Origin: Methanobacteriota archaeon
GTDB lineage: Archaea; Thermoplasmatota; Thermoplasmata; RBG-16-68-12
Assembly: GCA_005878985.1 (NCBI GenBank)
Contig: VBMA01000079.1
Span: forward strand, 1 to 42,487
Direction of reading: 5' to 3'
Length of the DNA stretch: 42,487 bases
The position numbers and the translations under genes are program-made. Below are positions 36,425-42,487 of the stretch, in pieces. Under the pieces are notes generated by a model. It saw only the letters and a list, made by a program, of their open reading frames with translations, was not told the origin of the DNA and made no database searches. Numbering within the stretch: position 1 is the first letter of the stretch; every line of letters begins with the position of its first letter.

Positions 36425-37485
36425 GTCATCCGCTGGATCGCAGCGACGAACTTCCCGCAGCCGTGCCAAAGGGGATCGGCGGTCGGGATTCCATATTTCT
36501 GCTCAAAGGTCCCCACGACGGCTTCTACCTCGTCTCGCGTCATGTTCTCATGGTTGATTCCGATGCCGACCACCTTCCCGCCGCCGATGCGGCGCGTGTA
36601 GAACTGGAGCCACTCGATCTCTTCGTCCACGGTCGGCATGGGCCACGCGACGATGTCCCGCCGGAACGACCGCGTCTTCCGGGCGGGCGCGTGCATCATC
36701 AGGATCGCGGACGGCATGGACGCCATGATGATCGCTCGGGTGCCGCACACGTACGCGGGATGGGAGATGCTCCCCTGGCCCTCGACGACAATCACGCGCG
36801 CTCGCGTTTCGTCGTAGGCGCGGACGACTTCGGATTCGAGTTCGCCGACCATGAAATCGGCCTTGATCGAGTCGAGCGGCACCCCGTACGCGGATCCCTG
36901 GAGGAGCCCGGTCTGGCCCGTGGCCACGAACGCGGCGGGTACGCCCGCGGCGTTCAACGCGTCGGTCAACAGGAGGGCTGTCGTCCGCTTCCCAATCGCC
37001 CCGTCCGTCCCGAGGACCGGGATCCGGAGGCACGGTAGCTTGCGGGCGAGATCGCTGAACTGCTTCGACTCCCGGATCGGCCGCGGCTTGCGGACGTCGA
37101 CCAAACGGGCTCCGTGGGCCTCCGCGAGCTTCACGAACTCCGGATCGTCGTTGAGGAACTCGTGCAGTCCCGCGACGACGTTCAGGCGATGCTCGATTGC
37201 CTCGCGGATGACGGGCCGGAACTCCTTCGGGATGTACCCGCCGAACGTCGCGACGCCGATGATCAGGGTCTCCGGCTGGCACCGTTCGATCGCTTCCTTC
37301 AAATTCGCGACGATCGGGACTCCGTTCGGTTTCCCGTCGAGCACGTCCCCGGCGTCCCGCCCGGCCTTCGTGTGATCGATGACGCCCGCGATCTCGTAAC
37401 GTTTCGAATATCGCACGAGGCCGTTCGCCGTCTTTCCCGTGCTCTGACCGAAATATCCGTCGCACAGGATGACGGCTTTCTCCAT
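36421..37485 (-). CDS. DUF1611 family protein (DgcN-like, P-loop-like domain)
   Basis: GKTANGLVRYS, G.A..GG, GLHEFL, DVRKP, GTD.AIGKRTT, ATGQTG and VEGQGSI.HP. Confidence 0.9.
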   Translation of the reverse strand: MEKAVILCDGYFGQSTGKTANGLVRYSKRYEIAGVIDHTKAGRDAGDVLDGKPNGVPIVANLKEAIERCQPETLIIGVATFGGYIPKEFRPVIREAIEHRLNVVAGLHEFLNDDPEFVKLAEAHGARLVDVRKPRPIRESKQFSDLARKLPCLRIPVLGTDGAIGKRTTALLLTDALNAAGVPAAFVATGQTGLLQGSAYGVPLDSIKADFMVGELESEVVRAYDETRARVIVVEGQGSISHPAYVCGTRAIIMASMPSAILMMHAPARKTRSFRRDIVAWPMPTVDEEIEWLQFYTRRIGGGKVVGIGINHENMTRDEVEAVVGTFEQKYGIPTADPLWHGCGKFVAAIQRMT

Positions 37486-37629
37486 GCCTCTTGTCCCCTG
37501 TGATAACAGCGGGCGAAAGTCCATAATCTCCTATTAAGCCTAAGCGCGCAGGCGACGCCTCATGGTCGCAGAATTCCGCGTCATTCAGAGCCCACGCGCT
37601 TCCCCCCTCCGCGATTCCGCCGAAGGGCG

Positions 37630-40600
37630 ATGGGAGGCGCGCCCGTGACGCAGAACGTCGAAAACCTCGGCCCCTGCAGCTCCTGCGGCGGGAAACTCTT
37701 CCCGTTCATCTTGTGCGAATCGTGCGGCGCGGCGACGATCCTGCGCGAGGCCCGCCAGCTCGAACGGGAGGCCACGTGTCCGGAATGCGGCGCCCGAAAC
37801 CCCTGGCAGGTCATCTGCGACCAGTGCCACTCTCGCTTCCGGGCGCCCGCCGCCGAGGAGGAACGGTCTCCCGCGGCCGCTCCAGGGGCGACGCCCGTGC
37901 CGGCCGCCGCGGGCCGTCCGAAGCGGCGCATCAACGGGGAATCGGACCCCGCCTCCCTCGTCCATCTGCTGAAGGTCCTCGGCCTCGACCCGTCCCGGGC
38001 CCAGGCGCTGATCGACCGCGGATACGATGCCCTCTGGAAGATCGCCCGGACCTCGGTCGACGAGCTCGCGCGGATCCCGGAGGTCGGGCCCGTCGCCGCG
38101 CACAAGATGCTCGCGTCCCTGCATCTCATCAAGTACACGCCACCTCGGCGCACGAAGGAGGAGATCGCCCAGGACGAGTACGAATGCCCGCTGTGCGGCT
38201 GCATCACCTCCATGTTTGCGCCGGCCTGCCTCGAATGCGGCGCCGCGTTCGACGAGGAGGAAATGGACGAGGCGATCCGTCAACAGTTCGCCGCCGAAGG
38301 CGACGCGGCGCTCATCGCGTTCTACGACGCCCGCCTCGCGGAGAAACCGGAGAACGCGGACCTGCTCTACGCCCGGGGTCTGCTCCTGCAGACGATGGGT
38401 CGGACCGACGAGGCGATGGCGGCTCTCGACCGTGCGGCCGCCGCCGCACCGGACGAACGAAAGATCAAGGTCGCCCAGCTGCGGATCCAAGCGAAGGAGC
38501 TTCGCAAACCGGACGCGGCCGAGAAGTTACGGTCCACCGCCAGCTCGCTCCTCGATGACGTCGCTTGGGACCAAGAGATCGCACAGCTCGACGACCTCCT
38601 TTCCGAGGAAGGACCCACCTGTCCGAGCTGCGGTTCCACGGTTCCGAGAAGTGTCGCTCTGTGTCCGTCGTGCGGCGCTCGCTTGGTCGCCGCCCTCCCG
38701 GAACCGGAGCACAAGCCGGCGCCGGGCGGAGCTCCGGAGTTGGACATCCTCGTCGACGACCTCCTCGTCGGCGAGTTAGAGAAGTCCCTCAGTCCAGAAG
38801 AACTCGAACTCACGAAGGCCGCGGTCCTCGATTGGCTCATCGAGGAACTCGAGGAGACGATGGGCGTCGATGCGACGATCAAGGCCGCCGCAGAGAAGCG
38901 TGACGAGACGAAGGCGCCGGCGGAGCCGTCGCCCGTTCCGCCGGCCATCGGATTCCTGTCCGGGTGGATCCGCGGGAGCAAGGGGCTTGTCAGTGGAGCG
39001 CGTCCCAAGACGACGACCCGCGGGGCCGGGAAAGTCAATGGGCTGGTCAACGGCCGAGGTCGGGTGAATGGCCTCGTCAACGGACTCGGTCGCACGAACG
39101 GCCTCGTGAACGGCGTCGGCCGGGTTAACGGTCTCGTCACTCCCACGGGGCGGGTGAACGGGTTGATGGGCGAACAAGGGCGGGTCAACGGAACGATTGG
39201 AGGGACGCGATCCGTCCGGGCGGGACGAAAGGAGATCCGTCTCTCTGTTCCGACGAAGCGCGTGCGGTACGCCGCAATCGCAGCCGCGACGCTCATCGCG
39301 ATATTGATTGCCGGCTTCCTGTTCATCCCAATCCCGGGACCCACGCCGCGGATCGTGATCGACGGGTCGTTCGGCGATTGGGCCTCCGTGCCGATGTTCG
39401 ACGCCGTGTCGGTCGCATCCGATGCGAACGTGTCGATCGACCATTACGCGAGTCTCCTGGATGACCACTCGCTCTACCTGTTTGCGTCGACCCGCGGCGG
39501 GATGTTCGGTGATTCGTCCGCGTACGACGGCATCTACTTCCTGATTGATGCGGACGGCAACCCGTCCACAGGCTACCAGTTCGACGGGATTGGGGCCGAA
39601 GCGGTCCTCGAGATCTTCGGCGGCAATAACTCGGTCGCAGGTTCTAGGCTCTATGGCTTCCCGAACAATGCCGAAGTCAACTGGAGCCAGCGGCAGTCGA
39701 TTGGCTCACCGCCGGCGGCCGCCTCCGTTCAGGGCGTCGAAGCGCAGGTCTCGACGTACGATCTCACCGGATTCGACCCGGGGAATTTCCGCATCGCGGT
39801 CTTGGCCGACGACTTCGCGGGGGTTTCTAGTCGTAGCCTCGCGCCGCTCACGCCCGACGGTTCGGTTCTCCTCGACCTGCAGCCCGTCACATCCGTCGTC
39901 AACAGCACGACGGCTCCGTTGTTCACAATCCGGGTACATGCCCTTGGCCTACCGGCTGGGGCTTCATGGGGAGTCTCCGCTTTCGCTTACAACGCGACCT
40001 CGGGGCTGACGGTCTTCCTATCCGCGGCATCGGTGGTCTTGACCCAGGGTCAGCCACAAGCCACGATCACGGCGTCCGCCTTGGCCGCCGGGGTTCCATC
40101 GGGCGATGTCGTCCAAGTCGATGTGACCAACGCGACGGCCCCCGTTCCCGTCGTCGTTCGGGGAGGGCCGATTCGTGCGTACATGCTTGCGCCTCCGTCC
40201 ACCGTGCGGATTGATGGCCTATTCGTGGACTGGGCTGGGAGGGACCAGATTGATTCGGATTCGGTGCCCGTGAAGAATCCCGACATAGACATCCTTCGGT
40301 ACGGTGCTGCGGTCAACACGTCGACTGCATACTTCCATGTGGCAGTCGCAGGCGACCTAATGGCGGGACGCGTCCCCGATCGGTTCATTCGCCTGCCACC
40401 CGGGCAGGGAGGGAACGGGTCGGGCGGACCGCCCATCCCAATTCCACGTCGCACCGGCGAAGACATCCTCCGGGCCTACATCGATCTGAATTCCACCGAC
40501 AACGTCGGCTTGCCATTCGACGGAATCTACGCAGACTACATGCTCGAAATCCGGGGCGTTGCGGGGCGGATCACGGCGCGGACTTTGTATGCCTGGACGG

Positions 40601-41496
40601 GGTCCTGGTCTCCTGTCGCGGCGCCCTCTGTGGCCCTGGCGAAGAACGACACTGAAATTGAAGGGTCCGTCACGATAGGCCCGTTCACGAACTTGACCCG
40701 GATGGCATTCGCTACCACGGATTGGGGCGGAATAGGCGATACCACACTCCAAGGCGGGACTCAAGTCTCAGCTTCGGCTTTGACGAAGATCTCTGGACAA
40801 GCGCCCCGTGGCGACCCCGGGCTGATCATCGATTCCGGCTCGAACCCGCAGACGGCCTACGCAACCCCCCTCGCGAACGAGCCCGTTGTCGACGGAAACT
40901 GCGGTACCACTTCCGGCGAATATAGTGGCGCTAGCGTGGCCAACAACGGCGATCTCCGGTTCCTCGTGGGACGCAGTTCGCTGGCTAGCTACGTCTTCGT
41001 GTGTCTCGAAGTGACAGCCGACGGGACGAACGACGGGACCTCGGACTGGGGTGAGCTTCTTTTCCGCCAGAACCCAAGCGATACTTCGACATTGCCTAAA
41101 ACGGGCGATCGGCGGTTCCGAGCCACGAGTGGTGTGCCAGGTAGCTTCACACAGGAAATGGGAAGTGGAACCGTGTGGACCTCGTGCGCAGGGACCTGCG
41201 ACACACTGAATACTGGAAAGGGCAAGTTCAACAACTCGGTCCAAACCTACGAATTCATGATTCGTCTTTCCGACGTCTGGGGGACGGACACACCTCTCCC
41301 GAGCCAGACATCCGGATTCGCTATCGTAGCGTTCAACAACACAGGTTCTGCGACCTATGCCTGGGGGTCTGACAATGTAGACGAAAACAATCCAAATTCG
41401 TGGGGCCTAGTTGAAATTCCGGAGTTCCCGAATGTTGTGTTCACCGCGGTTGCAATTATCGTCGTGGTGGGCTGGATTCGACGTCGACGCTCCTAA
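37630..41496 (+). CDS. Large membrane-spanning protein: zinc ribbons + HhH + TPR + GLVNG repeats / TM / DOMON-CBM9-like ectodomain / PEF-CTERM
   Basis: Four CxxC..CxxC pairs, HhH (LARIPEVGPVAA), TPR-like LYARG...GR.DEA.AAL, six 10-aa repeats, TM helix at 39268-39327, IDG..DW repeats, many NxS/T sequons, and C-terminal IPEF + TM + RRRRS. Confidence 0.85.
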   Translation: MGGAPVTQNVENLGPCSSCGGKLFPFILCESCGAATILREARQLEREATCPECGARNPWQVICDQCHSRFRAPAAEEERSPAAAPGATPVPAAAGRPKRRINGESDPASLVHLLKVLGLDPSRAQALIDRGYDALWKIARTSVDELARIPEVGPVAAHKMLASLHLIKYTPPRRTKEEIAQDEYECPLCGCITSMFAPACLECGAAFDEEEMDEAIRQQFAAEGDAALIAFYDARLAEKPENADLLYARGLLLQTMGRTDEAMAALDRAAAAAPDERKIKVAQLRIQAKELRKPDAAEKLRSTASSLLDDVAWDQEIAQLDDLLSEEGPTCPSCGSTVPRSVALCPSCGARLVAALPEPEHKPAPGGAPELDILVDDLLVGELEKSLSPEELELTKAAVLDWLIEELEETMGVDATIKAAAEKRDETKAPAEPSPVPPAIGFLSGWIRGSKGLVSGARPKTTTRGAGKVNGLVNGRGRVNGLVNGLGRTNGLVNGVGRVNGLVTPTGRVNGLMGEQGRVNGTIGGTRSVRAGRKEIRLSVPTKRVRYAAIAAATLIAILIAGFLFIPIPGPTPRIVIDGSFGDWASVPMFDAVSVASDANVSIDHYASLLDDHSLYLFASTRGGMFGDSSAYDGIYFLIDADGNPSTGYQFDGIGAEAVLEIFGGNNSVAGSRLYGFPNNAEVNWSQRQSIGSPPAAASVQGVEAQVSTYDLTGFDPGNFRIAVLADDFAGVSSRSLAPLTPDGSVLLDLQPVTSVVNSTTAPLFTIRVHALGLPAGASWGVSAFAYNATSGLTVFLSAASVVLTQGQPQATITASALAAGVPSGDVVQVDVTNATAPVPVVVRGGPIRAYMLAPPSTVRIDGLFVDWAGRDQIDSDSVPVKNPDIDILRYGAAVNTSTAYFHVAVAGDLMAGRVPDRFIRLPPGQGGNGSGGPPIPIPRRTGEDILRAYIDLNSTDNVGLPFDGIYADYMLEIRGVAGRITARTLYAWTGSWSPVAAPSVALAKNDTEIEGSVTIGPFTNLTRMAFATTDWGGIGDTTLQGGTQVSASALTKISGQAPRGDPGLIIDSGSNPQTAYATPLANEPVVDGNCGTTSGEYSGASVANNGDLRFLVGRSSLASYVFVCLEVTADGTNDGTSDWGELLFRQNPSDTSTLPKTGDRRFRATSGVPGSFTQEMGSGTVWTSCAGTCDTLNTGKGKFNNSVQTYEFMIRLSDVWGTDTPLPSQTSGFAIVAFNNTGSATYAWGSDNVDENNPNSWGLVEIPEFPNVVFTAVAIIVVVGWIRRRRS
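39028..39207 (+). repeat. Six tandem 30-bp (10-aa) coding repeats G[RK][VT]NGLVNGx
   Basis: GKVNGLVNGR / GRVNGLVNGL / GRTNGLVNGV / GRVNGLVTPT / GRVNGLMGEQ / GRVNGTIGGT. Synonymous codons differ between units. Confidence 0.92.
41416..41496 (+). other. PEF-CTERM-like archaeal protein-sorting signal
   Basis: IPEFP + hydrophobic VVFTAVAIIVVVGWI + basic RRRRS at the extreme C-terminus. Confidence 0.8.
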
Positions 41497-41528
41497 GGTA
41501 CTTCTAAAACCACGCCGTTCACACTCCC

Positions 41529-42485
41529 GTGGAACTCGGCCTCGTTGGCAAGCCAAATGTGGGCAAGTCGACCTTTTTCGCCGCGGCTACCCAAGTCCCG
41601 GTTCAGATTGCAAACTATCCTTTCACGACAATCGAGGCGAATCGAGGCGTGGCTTTCGTGCGCAAGGCGTGCCCACACAAAGAGATTGGCCGGCCTTGCA
41701 ACCCGAAAAACGCGCCGTGCGAGTCGGGCACGCGTCTCATCCCCGTCGAACTGCTGGATGTCGCCGGTCTCGTTCCAAAGGCGCATGAGGGCCGTGGTCT
41801 CGGCAACAAATTCCTCGACGACCTCCGTCAAGCAAGTGCACTCGTCCACGTGATCGACGCAACCGGAGGCACTGATTTCGAGGGAAACCCCGTACCTCCC
41901 GGAACTCACGACCCCGTAGCAGATGTGCAGTTCCTCGAAGAGGAGCTTGTACACTGGATTGCCGGAATTCTCTCCCGCAACTGGGAGAAGGAGGCCCGCC
42001 GCGCCGACCTCGAGGAGGCTCCGCCGGAGAAGATCATGTCCGCCCGGCTCACTGGCCTGGGGTTCACGGAGATGCAAGTCCACGCGGCGGTCAGGGACAC
42101 TGCACTAGATCCGAAGATGGCCCGGTGGACATCGGAGGATCTCTTCCACCTTGCGCGAACATTGCAACATCGGGGCAAGCCCATGCTCCTCGCAGCGAAC
42201 AAGGCCGATATGGTCTCCCGCGAACCGCTCCAGAATCTCTCGAAAGCCGCGGGCTACCTGGTGGTCCCGACATCCGCCGAGTACGAGCTCGCTCTTCGCC
42301 GGGCGGCGTCTGCCGGGCTGATCACATACCAGCCCGGTGGTTCCTCCTTCGAAGTCCTGCATCCGGAAAAACTGACCGCGGCTCAGGAAAAAGGTCTCGA
42401 GAAAATTCGAGCTTTCCTGAGAGAACGCGGGTCCACGGGCATCCAGCAGTGCATCGAAGAGGCGGTCTTCAAACTCCTCGACCTG
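41529..42485 (+). CDS. ychF: Redox-regulated ATPase YchF (Obg family), partial (3' end runs off the window)
   Basis: Not in the ORF track. Translated by hand from GTG 41529: MELGLVGKPNVGKSTFF..., ANYPFTTI, DVAGLVPKAHEGRGLGNKFLDDLRQA and ANKAD. Confidence 0.95.
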   Translation, partial: MELGLVGKPNVGKSTFFAAATQVPVQIANYPFTTIEANRGVAFVRKACPHKEIGRPCNPKNAPCESGTRLIPVELLDVAGLVPKAHEGRGLGNKFLDDLRQASALVHVIDATGGTDFEGNPVPPGTHDPVADVQFLEEELVHWIAGILSRNWEKEARRADLEEAPPEKIMSARLTGLGFTEMQVHAAVRDTALDPKMARWTSEDLFHLARTLQHRGKPMLLAANKADMVSREPLQNLSKAAGYLVVPTSAEYELALRRAASAGLITYQPGGSSFEVLHPEKLTAAQEKGLEKIRAFLRERGSTGIQQCIEEAVFKLLDL

Positions 42486-42487
42486 AT

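Noticed and set aside
39028-39207. 30-bp periodic repeats considered as a CRISPR array
   Set aside because: The units are contiguous with no spacers, degenerate at synonymous positions and in frame within a CDS. There are no cas genes in the window.
40750-41415. Asn-codon-rich C-terminal domain as a diversity-generating retroelement target
   Set aside because: No reverse transcriptase and no template-repeat copy are visible in the window.

Overview
A gene-dense, high-GC archaeal chromosomal segment. The archaeal assignment rests on radA, rps8e, aIF-2 beta with a TRAM domain, SRP19, dph5, Trm5, type II Map, phosphopantothenate synthetase and BRE/TATA-like promoters. The gene set fits a Thermoplasmatota/Thermoplasmata lineage, which is an inference. 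About 40 CDSs are mostly housekeeping, and two genes truncated by the window ends are missing from the supplied ORF track: a secreted protein at 2-592 and ychF from 41529. I found no tRNA, rRNA, CRISPR array, transposase or integrase. The most unusual element is a 1288-aa membrane-spanning protein (37630-41496). It has cytoplasmic zinc ribbons, a RadA-N-like HhH, a TPR and six 10-aa G[RK]VNGLVNGx repeats, then a TM helix, a sequon-rich DOMON/CBM9-like ectodomain whose tip has atypical codon usage, and a PEF-CTERM sorting signal. A second membrane protein (8939-10888) carries a similar ZnR-HhH-ZnR head plus TPRs and lies divergent from a PrsW-like intramembrane protease. Other points of interest are an 1803-aa Lhr helicase with a triplicated AlkZ/YcaQ-like C-terminus, an AT-only 9-2-9 palindrome upstream of pdaD, a likely small Zn-finger gene, and a 'dcd' that lacks the catalytic Glu and is probably a dUTPase. 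All calls come from motif recognition by eye; no searches were run.
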